DNA of 64,000 nucleotides from the human T2T-CHM13v2.0 reference genome, Homo sapiens, in the NCBI RefSeq assembly GCF_009914755.1, contig NC_060936.1; one strand, given 5' to 3'. The position numbers and the translations under genes are program-made. Below are positions 33,151 through 58,439 of this stretch, piece by piece (the first letter of the stretch is position 1; every line of letters begins with the position of its first letter). The notes beneath the pieces were generated by a model that saw only the letters and a program-made list of their open reading frames with translations, ran no database searches and was not told the origin of the DNA.

Positions 33151-34079
33151 GACATGTAATGTTTTCAAGTCCTCACATGGTAGGCACCTAAAGGTAATTT
33201 GCTTCCTCCTTTTCTTCCACGATTCTGACTCCATTTTCTTATGATCTTGGCAGTTGGCTATAAAACCAACTTCTGGCTTTTCTTTGCTCATGTTTGCATT
33301 CCCAGCAGGGTCTTGAAAACTCATCGAGAACAGAAATCTTGTCTGATATGCTGTTGTTCCCACAGAGGGCTGGACATAGTAGGTAGACAGTAGGTGCTCC
33401 ATGCATTTCTTTTTATGCCTGCAATGAACTGCTTCACTCTTTTCAGATGTTTCTCCCCTCTTAATTACACACAAAGGATGGTAAGAAAACATAAAATGTT
33501 TTTCAATACTTCATGGCCTTTCCCCACATTTTAAGACAACCAGTCTAACAGGAAAGGAACCAGAAGGGGGAAGCTATTTCTTAACATATTTGACCTAATT
33601 AAAGGGCGATGCCTGAATTTCCCAACGAGGACAGCATTACTGGAGAGATAACCCTCCAAATGGCTTTTTAAGTACAGTCCCAGCAAAATGAAAGTTTAAA
33701 GGAATTATCCATCCAAGAGTGTGTTTTACAGATAACCCCTTAGCTTTACTGAACACAGCTCTCTAATCTGTTGCAAAATACCAGCACTCTTGTGGCTGCC
33801 TCATTGATACCATCAACCACCAGGCAGAGAAAGTTTGGGGTGACTTGAACTTCTATAGATAGACTTCTATAGACAGATACTGAAGGACATTCAAGATTAC
33901 CCAGTTTTGCATTTCACAGATAAGCAAGCTGAAGCCAGAGAAGTTACATATGCTAGAGATGCAAAGATGAGTATGACGTTGTCCTTGCACTCAGGGAGCA
34001 TGCATTCTAAGAGGGAATGAGAGACAAGAAATATTCAGCTGTACAACAACACAGAGTGATGAACGTAAAGGATAGCATG

Positions 34080-34739
<660 letters not shown>

Positions 34740-35310
34740 CTACCAGAGGCCAGGGTGGGGCTGGGAGGAAAAGGAGAGGCTTTTATGTGTATTCCAGCAG
34801 AAGTGCAAGGTTTTTAATTCCAATTTCAAAAGGCTTACAGAGCAGCTCTGCCTTGATCTGTTTTAACATTTTGTATGACAGTTTGCTATATTCCTTGTTT
34901 GGAAGAAAGAGATTCTCAGGTTTAAAAAATGTTTGAAAAGTTCTAACAGTAATGAGAAACAATTAGATTTAAATACATAAGGCCCATCACATAGATCGTG
35001 GGGTGTGAGCAGGTGATTTGGGGGAGAGAGTAAAGAGCCAAGACAGAAGGGTCTGAAGACGCATAGCCTCTGCCTGTCCCACCAGAGGTGCCATGAGTTT
35101 CAAAGGTCAGCTGTTTGCTTTCTTTTCAAGCTTCCTCTGTAGAGTCCTGTCAGCAAACTCATTCCACGGCATGTTTGGCCATTTTCCTAGGCCAAATGGC
35201 TTGCATCCCCACTTTGTGGGAGAGGGGGACTAAAAGGATAATTTTTAAAAATTGACTATTACAATAGAGTCTTCTTCTCTTAGACAAATGGTTAACATAT
35301 GGGGAGGGTA

Positions 35311-35693
<383 letters not shown>

Positions 35694-36155
35694 TTAATCC
35701 AGCCAGACATTTTTGGGGGTTGTCACACCAACCAAATCCAGGGAGAGACTTCTCATTGTCATCTGCATGTAAATAGTGTTCCCCCTGGAGTCATGCAGTG
35801 CACGACCAGTTGACTATATGGGGCAGCAACAGTTCATGACAGTTCTGTAAATATCCACCAGGGAATGGCAGCTTGTGTTTACGTTTGACCAATTCACGAA
35901 CTCTAATTCAAACAGTTAGGATTGCTTGGTTTTAACAAGATGGCTTCTCAAATTCCACAAATTTTCTTTAAGATCATTCCATAATTTTCTGAAGAGCAGA
36001 GATTTTCATTCTCTTGAATCCCTGCAATTATTAAAGGAAAAGGAGATGTGCGTGTTTATGTGTGTGCGTGTGTGTGTACTGACAAGTGATCAAGATGACA
36101 GGGGAATTTGGGAAGATGCTAAAAATAAAGGCTGCTAAGAAAGATTTCAAGGTCA

Positions 36156-38375
<2,220 letters not shown>

Positions 38376-38489
38376 TCATGCAGAGATGGAGCAAAGAAAC
38401 CGTCATACTCCAAATGGTGGTGTTTAACCTCAAGTTTGTTTTAAATATACCTGCCTGACTCTGACCAGAGATCAAAGTGAACATCACAA

Positions 38490-39440
<951 letters not shown>

Positions 39441-39599
39441 ATAAGAACTGTTGAAGTGCATCATGAAGCAATTGTCATTAGGTTACTTATTTACCATTAC
39501 TATTAAAATGAATATGCTATCTCCATAAAACAAATTGCAAATACAGTATATCTATAGATAGACATACACATACATATTATAAGATATAAACAAATAATT

Positions 39600-39891
<292 letters not shown>

Positions 39892-41090
39892 TATTTATTT
39901 ATATCTTACCTATGCATATGTATATCATTCATCTGGGATCCTACAGACTTGCTGAATTCGAATCTGGGTGAGCTCCCAGAAGCTCCAGGGATTATTGTGG
40001 TACATAGCCAGCATGGCAAACCAACCTTGAATCAACTGCTCCCAGTTCCAGGAGCTCTGGGTTGGGCCTGGGAAGGAGGAAATTCTGTTTCCTGTCCTTG
40101 TTTTTCTCTCACATTTCAAGTCCTGCGCCCACCATCTTTTCTGTCTTGCTATTTCACACATGAAGGTGTAAATACCTGATAATAACTTAGTGTAGATTCC
40201 CAAACTGTGCTCCTCAACACGGATGTGTTCCCAGAAAACAAATGAATACAGAAGCAGACAACCCATCTGATTCTTGGGTTAAATACGTCTGCATAATGCT
40301 TCACTCTGTAGTTCCTTCCTGGAAATGGGTAATATGTATTAGGTTTTATAAATGGCTCTAAAGTAGCCTACTTCATTTTGCTTGATTCCATACTTTGCAA
40401 ACATTTTTGGCGTGGGAACACTCCCCCAGCCCACCTTAACACCTGTCACATAATATCCAGGGACTCTTGTGTTCTCCAGGTTTACTTCCTCCAGAAAGCT
40501 GCGTGAACCGCTTAGGATGCCGATGGGAAACACCTAAAGGTAATCAGGCTCAGGCATGACTCAGTCACCTGGCTCAAGTCATCTGTTGTTCTCACATCTC
40601 ACATCTCTGCCTTCTTGTGTGTGTGTCAGCTTTATCCTCAGAGTGACTTCCCTCGTGAAATTTCAAGATGCCGTGAGCAGCATGCAACTGGATCTAAGGC
40701 TTCTCCCTTCATAGTGAGGGAAAGAATGGATTTGCATTTTGTCCACTCTGGTTGTACTACCCCTGATTCAATTACTGGATCAAGGAAAATAGGATTGTTG
40801 TGTTGGCTTGGACCCATCTGGGCTCATCCTAATGGCTTCTAGGGTCCCATTCACACATGGCGGCTACACAACAGATGTTGAGGAGGAAATCAGCATGTCC
40901 TCCACCTGAACATCCTCCACAATGTGGAATGGAAGCCAGCAGGGCATTGCACCATTCTTTACCCTGTTTACCTGTCCTGGGGCAAGGAAGGCGCCCTCTG
41001 AGTATAGTCCTTTCCTGAGGTGGAATAAGCAGGGCAGGGCCAGAGGCACAAGACAGGGCACTGAGGAAATGATAAGAATACCAGTGTATT

Positions 41091-41454
<364 letters not shown>

Positions 41455-42284
41455 TTAGATTTTTCTTTTTCTTCTTCTTTAGACTCACCCAGATTTCCTG
41501 TGAGCCTGGCTCTGGAGCACACTGGTTACTGTTCACCTACATTCAGGACACTTCTGAAAAAAATATTGAACAAAGATTGCTTGCCAGTTCCCTCACTGGA
41601 GGTTGAATTCCAAAGGTTATTTTCTTTAAGCCTTAATCTCAATCTTTTGAAGTCAAATCCTTCTCAAGATGGGTCCTCACAAAGTCCTAAGAACTGAACA
41701 ATGTGTCATTATGACACTTGCAGTAATTTGCAAATAGCATTAGTGAATTCAAGTATTTGTAAGCAACTTTGCATGGGTCAGCCATGCTGTAATCAAGAAA
41801 ACTACAGTTCTAGGTTAATGTTGGAGCATTAGGTTGACCTAATGCAAACAACGAACAATACGAGTCAAACTTTCTCTTTTTTCCTGAGAAATAGTTAATG
41901 TCAAAGTACAGTGCTTTCATGTGACTACCACTAGTGTGGAAAGTGGGCCATCATTCATTTATCACCCCAAGGAGATGAGAGATTCTAGTGCTCAGAGCTG
42001 CTCACTGTAGGAAGCCTTGGAAGTGGCCGGTGCCTGTTCCACAGCAGGTGTCCAGTTAAGTGTTATCTCTCTTCTTCCTTCTCTTTTTTGTTTCTCCCTT
42101 CCTTCCCGTCCCTTAAAACATTGCCCCAGAGGAAAAGATTCCAAACTTACTGAAAGTTAGTGTAATGAGTTATTCCCCACAGCTATTCTGCTATTGTCCT
42201 TCTTGAAGTCTTCAGCCCTGTGATTAGATTACTGCCTAATTCATTTAATTAATTCCTATATGACAAGATGTGTTATCACAAATA

Positions 42285-42311
42285 CACACACACACACACA
42301 CACACACACAC
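42285..42311 (+). repeat. (CA)n microsatellite
   Basis: Seen directly. Confidence 0.92.
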
Positions 42312-42321
42312 CCCTTTAAAA

Positions 42322-43247
<926 letters not shown>

Positions 43248-43754
43248 CTGACACACGTACATTTTTAACTTGAGGTTTTCAATGCCTCAATTTGAAACTG
43301 TGATGAGAGCTGAGAAATCTCTTCAACGTCCAGTGCTTGGTACTCTCTGAAATCAACCCTCAAGGTAAACTGAGTTTGAAATTTTTTATGGTCACTTTGT
43401 GGTATGAGTGACCCCTTAAAGCCTACCTCTGGTTAAATATCTGCCTCAGAGAAGAGTCAGAGCCTGATATTTCTGAGAGTTTTTTGAGGCTCAAAATTCC
43501 TCAAGGCCATCTTAGACTTTTGAGACTCCTCTGGTCCTAGAATTACTTCTACATGTCCCATTTTGGCAGATGTAAATCATCAGCAGATGATCTAAATGTT
43601 CTAATCTCCATTCTAAGCTACCATTTCCCGGCCATGAAGCCATCTATCATCCCTTAAAACATTTCCAGGAACGAGCTACACTCTATCTCTAAAGGAGGCC
43701 CGTTTTGCTTTCAGATAGTACTCATTGTTTGAAAGTCTTCATTAGTTGTCTCTA

Positions 43755-44115
<361 letters not shown>

Positions 44116-45267
44116 TCAAATACCTAGGTCAGCAGCTGTTTCCTACAGAGGCTTCTGATGGCTGAGTAGGTGGGTCTGCTGTGTCCACCATTCCAAGCTG
44201 AGGGATGCAACTTACTTCCTTATACCTAAGTGGCCATGTTCTGTGTGTTTCCACCATCCTGGTCCATTTATGGGCTCATGTGTGACCTATGAGGAAACCC
44301 AGCACAAGTGTTTGTCTTACTAAGGACAGTTCATCAATGAGATTCTTTCTCTCAGCACTTTTGTCTGGAAACATGGGAAAAGGTCAATTAGACAGTAACA
44401 TTAACAAAGCAGAGACACAAAATGAAAAATAGCCAAGTCATGTTAATGTTAATGATGGAGCACTAGAATAGGAGTCCTGTGGCTGGAGGTACAGTATAAT
44501 AACCAGCTTACCTATAATTTCAATAGGTTCTATCAATAATTTTGAATGATTTCCTGCACTAGATCTCAGCTCTAGGCTCAGTTAGACCCAGCTACAACAT
44601 GACTCTTCCTTCCAACTAACTTGACTGTCAGCTCTTCCTGGGTTGCCACAATCGAGAGTCTTGCCTGTATTTTCACATATATCCTTCTAAAAATTCCTGA
44701 ATTACCTAAAATAAACCAGATGAGTCCCTAATCCAGGAACCCACAAGAAACTAACTAATAGTTCTTACCTTCTCTAAGTGTTCTCTTCTCCAGGTAAAGA
44801 TCTCCAAACTTTCAAACCACTTCTTCAACTTGTCTACCTCCTACTCTCTCCCACCGCCCCCTCTAAGTTTCTGACTCCTACCTCCTCACCCCTAGTATTC
44901 GGCATCACCAATGAAGTAGATCAGTGGCAACCCATGGTGAGCACTGTGCTCTGCCTCCTCCAGCATATGTAGAACACCTTTATGATAACAAACATAAAAT
45001 GTTTACCATCAAATGGATACCTTTCCATGTTTTGAATGATCAAACATTTTTCTACCTGATCTACCCCATGGAACGCAAGGATTGTCAGAACCAAACTTGT
45101 AAAAAATGAACTAACATGGTTAAAAAAAATGAACTAACATGGTTGATGGAAGGAAATTCTCTTGAAGGAAATATGAAAATATGATATAGTCCCCTATTGA
45201 TCTCCTGACTAGCCTTCTTCATTGGATGAGATAATAACAAATATGGGCTCTCATTTCAAGTTACTCA

Positions 45268-45913
<646 letters not shown>

Positions 45914-46804
45914 GTGCAAGTTTTGAGTGTTTTTTTTTTTTTTTTGGTTGTTGTTTTCTTCACTGGAGGTTAGAATTCTGCTTGGCATTTTTGTATAACT
46001 ATGTTCAAGACTGAAAGTCCTGGAAATCCTGAGGCACCAGCAGACTTCCCCCCACATCTCATTAGAGAAGACAGAGACACATGGCCAAGCTGAGTTGCAA
46101 AGGAGGCAGGGAAGTGAGTGTCTGGCAAAGGGAAATAGGATTGTCATGACTAGGCAAAGTGTCTGTTTCAGTGTGTTTAGAATCTTTAAAAATAGAGTTT
46201 CATTTTATTACAAAAGTTAATACATACTTTTTAGAGAAAGTTTGGAAAATAGAAGGAAAACATTCCCTAATGCTGCTATTCAAAGACTTCTCGATACACC
46301 ATTTGAATACTGTTCTAATCATATTGCACATAGAGTGTGATCTTTTCTTTCTTCTTTTCCACTTGATATATGATTAACTTAAGGCTCTATGGTTTTGGAA
46401 AGATGTTTTCCATTTTGAAATAAAACTTAAACTAAAGGAGGCAGCATAGAGCAGTGGCAAGAGGACTGGCTTGAGAATAAAGAGATGGTGCTTGTTGTCT
46501 GCGTTCTGGCACGAATCCATCACTGTATCTCCATTTCCTCAAAATAAATAAGTATGTTTTCTTAGGTCTCCTATTCCCGGGTCTGCAAGAGCATGAGAGC
46601 TGTGCCTTTGAGACACACAAGTCACACTGTTCAGATACTGGTTCAACAAAGCAGGTTAGGGCCATGAAGACAAGCAGAAAAGGTAAAACTGGAGGTTATC
46701 GCCATGGGAAACTACATGCCCGATACGTAATAATATAATATATAATATGTGATATATAAGATAATACCAGGTCTTCCAATTTTTCAACAGAAACCAGAAA
46801 TCTA

Positions 46805-47484
<680 letters not shown>

Positions 47485-48310
47485 TGATATTGATATTTAA
47501 ATATTGGCACCTAATTTGAAAACCAAAACAAATCACTGCAGGGGCCAAACAAAACATGTCTATTGGTTGTCAGTTTGTAACTTCAGCTAACCCAGGAGCC
47601 AACTTGATCAACACTGGAGCAAGGATGCATATAAAGGGGTTAAGAAGAACTGCTTATAAGACATTTTGACTATGCAGCAACTTAATTGTTACAATGAGGC
47701 TAAAACACCAAATGATTGCACTAATAGTGAATAAACATAGCCTAGGATTTATTATTATTATTATACTTTAAGTTCTGGGATACATGTGCAGAACGTGCAG
47801 GTTTGTCACATAGGTATACATGTAACATGGTGGTTTGCTGTACCTATCAACCCATCATCTACATTAGGTATTTCCGCTAATGCTATCCCTCCCCTAGCCT
47901 CCCACTCCCTGACAGGCCCCAGTGTATGATGTTCCTCTCCCTGTGCCCATATGTTCTCACTGTTCAACTCCCACTTATGAGTGAGAACATGCGGTGTTTG
48001 GTTTTCTGTTCCCTGTGTTAGTTTGCTGAGAATGATGGTTTCCAGCTTCATCCATGTCCCTCCAAAGACATGAACTCATCCTTTTTTAGGGCTGCATAGT
48101 ATTCCATGGTGTATATGTGCCACATTTTCTTTAGCCAGTCTAACATTGATGGGCATTTGGGTTGGTTCCAAGTCTTTGCTATTGTGAATAGTGCTGCAAT
48201 AAACATATGTGTACATGTGTCTTTATAGTAGAATGAATTATAATCCTGTGGGTATATACCCAGTAATGGGATGGCTGGGCCAAATGGTATTTCTAGTTCT
48301 AGTTCCTTGA

Positions 48311-48727
<417 letters not shown>

Positions 48728-49119
48728 TGTTTCCTGACTTTTTAATGATCGCCATTCTAACTGGTGTGAGATGGTATCTTATTGCGGTTTTGATTTGCAT
48801 TTCTCTAATGACCAGTGATGATGAGCTTTTTTTCATATGCTTGTTGGCTGCATAAATGTCTTCTTTTGAAAAGTGTCTGTTCATATCCTTTGCCCACTTT
48901 TTGAAGGGTTTGTTTTTTTCTTGAAAATTTGTTTAAGTTCCTTACAGATTCTGAATATTAGCCCTTTGTCAGATGGGTAGATTGCAAAAACTTTCTCCCA
49001 TTCTGTAGGTTGCCTGTTCACTCTGATGGTAGTTCCTTTTGCTGTGCAGAAGCTCTTTAGTTTAATTAGACCCTATTTGTCACATTTTGACTTTTGTTGC
49101 AATTGCTTTTGGTGTTTCA

Positions 49120-49332
<213 letters not shown>

Positions 49333-50339
49333 TTACTTGTTTTTGTCAGGTTTATCAAAGATCAGATGGTTGTAGATGCGTGGTGTTATTTCTGAGGGCT
49401 CTGTTCTGTTCCATTGGTCTATATATCTGTTTTGGTACCAGTACCATGCTGTTTTGGTTACTGTAGCCTTGTATCATATAAAATAGATAGACCGCTAGCC
49501 AGACTAATAAAGAAGAAAAGAGAGAAGAATCAAATAGACACAATAAAAAATGATAAAGGGGAGCTCACCACTGATCCGACAGAAACACAAACTACCATTA
49601 GAGAATACTATAAACACCTCTGTGCAAATAAACTAGAAAATCTAGAAGAAATGGATAAATTCCCGGACACATACACCCTCCCAAGATTAAACCATGAAGA
49701 AGTCGAATACCTGAATGGACCAACAACAAGTTCTGAAATTGAGGCACTAATTAATAGCCTACCAACCAAGAAAAGCCAAGGAGCAGACAGATTCACAGCT
49801 GAATTCCACCTGAGGTACAAAGAGGATCTGGTACCACTCCTTCTGAAACTATTCCAAACAATAGAAAAAAAGGGACTCCTCCCTATCTCATTTTATGAGG
49901 CCAGCATCATCCTAATACCAAAACCTGGCAGAGACACAACAAAAAAAGAAAATTTCAGGCCAATATCCCTGATGAACATCGATGTGAAAATCCTCAATAA
50001 AATACTGGCAAACTGAATCCAGCAGCACATCAAAAAGCCTATCTACTACGATCAGGTCTGCTTCATCCCTGGGATGCAAGGCTGGCTCAACATATTCAAA
50101 TCAATAAATGTAATCCATCACATAAACAGAACCAGTGACAAAAACCACATGGTTATCTCAATAGATGCAGAAAAAGCCTTTGATAAAATTCAACATCCCT
50201 TCATGCTAAAAACACTCAATAAACTAGGTATTGACGGAACGTCTCTCAAAATAATAAGAGATATTTATGACAAACCCACAGCCAATATCATACCAAACGG
50301 GCAAAAGCTGGAAGCATTCCCTTTGAAAACCGGCACAAG

Positions 50340-50748
<409 letters not shown>

Positions 50749-52337
50749 TAGGAAAAGAAGAAGCCAAATTATCTCTGTTTGCAGATGACATGATTGTATA
50801 TTTAGAAAACCCCACTGTCTCAGCCCAAAATGTCCTTAAGCTGATAGGCAACTTTAGCAAAGTCTCAGGATATGAAATCAATGTGCAAAAATCACAAGCA
50901 TTCCTATACACCAATAATAGACACACAGAGAGCCAAATCATGAGCAAACTCCCATTCACAATTGCTATAAAGATAATTGAATACCTAGGAATACAACTTA
51001 CAAGGGATGTGAAGGACCTCTTCAAGGAGAACAACAAACCACTGCTCAAGGAAATAAGGGAGGACATAAACAAATGGAGAAACATTCTATGCTTATGGAT
51101 AGGAAGAATTAATATCGTGACAATGGCCATACTGCCTAAAGTAATTTATAGATTCAATGCTATTCCCATCAAGCTACCATTGGCTTTCTTCACAGAATTA
51201 GAAAAAACTATTTTAAATTTCATATGGAACCAAAAAAAACCCATATAGCCAAGACAATCCTAAGCAAAAAGAACAAAGCCGGAGGCATCACGCTGCCTAG
51301 AATTTTATCATCTCTGGTTGTTTTATATGCACATTATAATTACTTCCCATTGCTGATTCCAAAAATGAAATGCCCTTGGGAATGGGCTGAGCTTTGATGT
51401 GCTCTCTTGAATAAGTTTGTACTGGATTGGAAGCTACTAAATTAGGACCCTCCTAGGCCTCAAGTCCTTTCAAATGTATTTTTCAGGATCACATATGATT
51501 CAAAATCAAGTCCTGTGTCTTTTGCCTTAATCACTCAGTTTAAGGTGAAAATAATGAAAGTCTTAGATGTTCTCGTGAGTAAGAACTGCCACCTCAAGCA
51601 GTTGATTCTTTTCCTCCCGCCTCAATGTTGCATCTTTAATCTCTCCTTTTCAGAGAAGGAATGATCAACATCACCAGTTGTGAGACTCTCCAACTCTCAC
51701 TTGCTGAAAGCGGTGAAGAAGGGGGATTTAACAACTTTGAACTTTTCATGTGATTTTTGCCTTTGACACAGTTGTTATTAGTGTTCTGAAAAAGCAACAC
51801 CCCCTTGCAAGAACATCAGGTTTCTAAATGATTTATCTTCTCACAGACCTTGATATTCAATCCAGGTGTGGAAATAAATAGTATAGACCTCGGGTTCTAT
51901 CCTCTAGGCTTGGAAAGGCTTCAGTGGAATTCTATAGCAAAAGGCCCAGGCACTTCCCCTGACTTCGTCTTTGTTCTGCTAACTTTTTATCTCTGAAAAG
52001 CAAAGGGATTTCCTCTGGGGATTAAGCAGGGGAAACAACCTAAGGTAGTGATAGTGTTTCATCAGAATTAAGAGATGCAAATCTCAGCAAGAAGTCCTTG
52101 TCCACAACCTTGGACTGTTCCCCCTCCGTATCTGGCATCGAGCTTCACAAATCCTTGCCCTGCTGAGCTTTCTTATTCTTCTTTCTCCTGGCCACAGAAG
52201 TATCTTGGGTAAACAGTAGTCGTTTCTTAAGTAAGGGTGTCTCATCTCAAAGTGATCCGTGCTGGCATTATTTTTTCTTTTTCTTTGTTTCTTTTTTCTT
52301 TTTTTTTTTTTTGTAGTTTTCAAAAGTTTTTAATGTA

Positions 52338-54163
<1,826 letters not shown>

Positions 54164-55301
54164 TAAGTTTAGAATTTTTAGGTGATCGTTATTTCTCCTA
54201 TTGCTTTTGTTGTAAATCTATTTTATAATGAGAAGAATCTCAAATCAAATGTTTATTTTTAGTAGGAACACGTTTGAGATTTGACTCCGAAGAAAATGCA
54301 ACTAATGTACCTTGCAAAGAAAAAAGTAGTTGTGCACATACCCCTGCCACCCATGCTTCCCATTAACCTCTGCCTCTTGGCAAGCCATTGACCTATTTTC
54401 CTAGTAAGCTCAGGCTGCAATTGTGTTACCTGACTGAGTCACAGTTGGGGCTTATGGAGGACAACCTGGCAATTACATTGTGTTCCTAGATTCACTGTAC
54501 ATTCATAAATCCTCTGGTGCATGAAGTCTAAAACCTCGTGACTTGCTAAGGCAAAGAGTTGTATAAGCCATCAAGGAAAATGAAGCATATCAATTATATA
54601 ATTTCACTTAAAAATCTACTAGAGACCCACCTGTTTTTATTATTAAATTTGCTCATAGATTGATCAGATTTGTCAATAACCCTCAAATATTAGAATAACT
54701 GTTTTTTTTGTCTCAGCAGCCAACTATTTCTACCCAGGAACAGATAGTTTATCTTCCAATCCTCTTAGATGCATAGAATTCATGGGACTAACAGCCTCCA
54801 AGTTTGCTCTACATATAAATGAAATGTTAAGTGAGGGTCCGTACTATCTTGTCTTTAGAGAAAAGGCAGTAAGCAGATAATACCTGTTCTCCAAATGGTC
54901 AAAGGGCAAAAATAGTTTGAGTTCCAGGCAAGCCTTTTTCTTAATGACATTTACTTGATTCACATTCCAAGCCCTTCCCCCACTTCTGGTTTTTGCCTCA
55001 CTTTTATTTAGGATAATTATGACATTAGTCTTCTAAGGCTGAATTCCTCAGGAGTTGCTCAATTGCCAGCATTTGGCCAGAACTTTGAGGTTTTCTATGT
55101 ATGAAAGGCTAATTTCTTTTATATAATCATTCTTTTTGTTAAATTTTTAAAAATGCAACATTCGCTTTGAATTAAATATCACACATTTATTCACTACCAC
55201 TTAGTAACAGTCCCTGTATCTGATTTCAGTAGTTACAGTTGAAATCATGCTTTTTGGAAATGGAGTCCAGAGAAACAAAATGATTTATTAATAACAATAA
55301 T

Positions 55302-55623
<322 letters not shown>

Positions 55624-57129
55624 CTACCATTTATTGATCACTTACTCCGTGACAGCTACTGTGCTAATCATTTCACAAATGCAGTTCACGTTATTATTTT
55701 CACCTTTTATGGTTAAGGAAACTAAGCTTTGTGAATACCTTCCCTGACAGTCGCACTGTTAGAAAATGGCATAGCCAGAATTTGCATCAAGTTTTTCTGG
55801 CTTATAAGACTGTCTACGTAACTGCTGAGCTATCTAACAACTGGCAGGTTATAGCAGTGCCCACTTAGCCCCAAATATCGAGTGTCTAAATGTTTGCCTA
55901 TCCTATTTCTTCCAGCCCACCCGCCCTAGTTTTAACTGCTTTTGGCTTTAAGTGAAGCATAGAGCAATGTTTTAGAAAGAAACACTTCAATAAATGAAAA
56001 TAAAAAATACTCATTTATTCAAGAACGAATTGTTGAGCTCCTCCTATGAGCCAGACAACGCACTAGGTGGAGAATCTAAAGATGACAACGCCTGCCTTTT
56101 GGGTAGGTTAAGTCATAGTGGAAGAGGCAGAGCTGCAACTGTATTGCAATCTCTGTTGTACCAGAGATAAGCACAGAATGCTGAGGAAGCACAACAGAAA
56201 AAGAATGAAGGGATACGCAAGCTGCCTTTTAAAGGATGAATAGGGGTTTTCCAGGAAGAGAAGAGTTATGTAGGGTGACAGGGAAAAAGCATGCTCAATA
56301 TAAGTGGAATTGGGAAGGGAGAGGTGCTTCATCCCATAATGGTGAAAAGTTCAGCAGGGCTGAGGAAAAGATGCATGATTGTGGGGGAAGGGATAAAGAA
56401 TGTAGAAAAGGAGGCATGCTCGGAAAATAACCTCGAAAAGGTAAGGATTGAGGACAGATGGTGGCAGTTTTAGAACACTATGTGAAAGACTTGGATATCT
56501 ACAGTGTTAACTAGGCAGAGGCCAGACAGGTAATGTTTAGCAGTGGAGGGGGATGGAGACAATATGGAGTAGTGTATGTCTGCTTCACCCTGCCCTAGTT
56601 CATTGCTGCCATGGAGGAATACAGGCCCAATAGTTGCAGATCTTCTGATTTCTTAAGACAAGCCAGAGACCTAATTTAGTTAATATAAAATTTCCAACTT
56701 TTAAATGTCAGTAGGTAAATAAAAATTATTTTTTAAAAACTATGAGCCAAGCAAAACAGCTCAGCAGCTGGATTTGTGTTCATCCCACAGGCAAGTGGCT
56801 TGCTCTGTCTCTGGAAGCAATGAGTAGCACAAGTTTGTATTAAAATTCCAAAGCCTTAGTAAAGGACCCAGAGGTCCTATCAACTAAATAATCACATATT
56901 GTTAGAAAGGTAAAGCCTATCAACTTACCTTCTTTCCACATAGTAGTTTTTAAGTATATTCCATAATTATTGAATAAACAAAATCTTCCCTGAAATTATT
57001 TTCACATATTCCACTAAAGTTCACTAATTGAACTTCCTATTTTCTTCTGTACTATTTAAATAAACTAATCTTCAAGATTAAAATAAGAAATAATCTATTT
57101 GTAAATGAGATACAAACTAACCTTTGTTT

Positions 57130-57478
57130 TGTTAAAATAATTAATTGGGAGCCCATTACACTGAGGCAGCTCTAGCGCCCAGAGATCCTATGTAAGCAAA
57201 CTGAAACCTAACTCAGAGTAAGTGGTCATATCCTAGGAAGACCATATTTAACAAATCAGAACCCACCAACTAATCTCCACCTAGAGACTTTAAGGCTGCT
57301 GTTCCACTTTAACCAATCCAAATATTTTCTGTCTTGCTTCCTCAAACACCTTATAAAAGTTTTCCCCTTGCACTCCCTTCAGGGGAGCCCAAACGGCTTG
57401 CAGTTTGGCAATGTCTGATTCGTGAGTCACTGTTGCTCAAATAAACTTTAAAAAAATTTAATGTGCCTCTGCTTAATA
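57130..57478 (+). mobile_element. ERV1-type solo LTR (MER57/MER4-group-like)
   Basis: Starts TGTTAAAATAATTAATTGGGAG; CCAAT 57313, TATAAAA 57352 and AATAAA 57440 in LTR order. Confidence 0.7.
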
Positions 57479-58439
57479 GATACATCAAGCAAATGAGAAG
57501 TTATCTTTTTTAAAAAAGTCTGTAAAACCTTTAACATCTACTATAACAACTTGTATAAGTCCAAGAGAAATATTTATGTGCAAGAAAATAATCCTATCTG
57601 TAGCAGCTAGGAAGACAGATATAGAGAAATCCTATTATATTCTATTTGGTTGAGCCATACTCACTAAGAAGGAAGTGATAGTATCAGATGATGTGGCTGA
57701 AGATTAATATGGCTCCTTTGGTGTTTTTCCCCTATCACAGATATCCTGAGGACTCACTCCTGCTCAGCCACTCACATCAAATTTAGTTTCTTGAAATGGG
57801 CTGCTGAGGCATTCTGCTCAGGAATTAATCATAGCTGAGAAGCTGCTTCAGGGGTGGAGGAAAAAAATCTGCAACTTATTGTTGTCCTATATTCACACAA
57901 TATACGCTGTGTGCCTACTACAAACTGGAAACCGTTCTCAGCTGTAAGATCCATCAATGCGGAGTTGCTTACCAGGGGAAGACATGTGTGAACTGATGTA
58001 TGTGTCAGATGGTAATAAGTGCACTGGAGAAAATGAAGCCTGGCAAAGGGTCAGGGAGTGAATGGAGGGTCACTTGGGCAGTCAGGGAGGGCACTTCTGA
58101 ACAGGTACCAGGTGAGCAAAGGTTGAATGTTTTAAGGCATTGATGCCTGAGGGCAGAAAGTTCTAGGCAGAGGAAATGTACAGATGCCCTCAGGAGGGAA
58201 CACTTTGCTTCTTCAAAGGGTTGCAAAGAGGCCGCTATGGCCAGAGGGTGGTGAGTGAGGATTATTCAAGGAGAAGGAAAGGGAAGTTTAAAGAGGAGAA
58301 GTTGCGTCTTGGCCTTTTACTCTGGAATGGGAAGCCCTGAAGTGTTCTGTGCTGAAGAGCCACGTGCTTTGACTCAGGCTTTTCAAGAACCACTGTGGCC
58401 CGCTGTGCAAGGGTGACATCAGGGAGACCAGTCAGGAGG

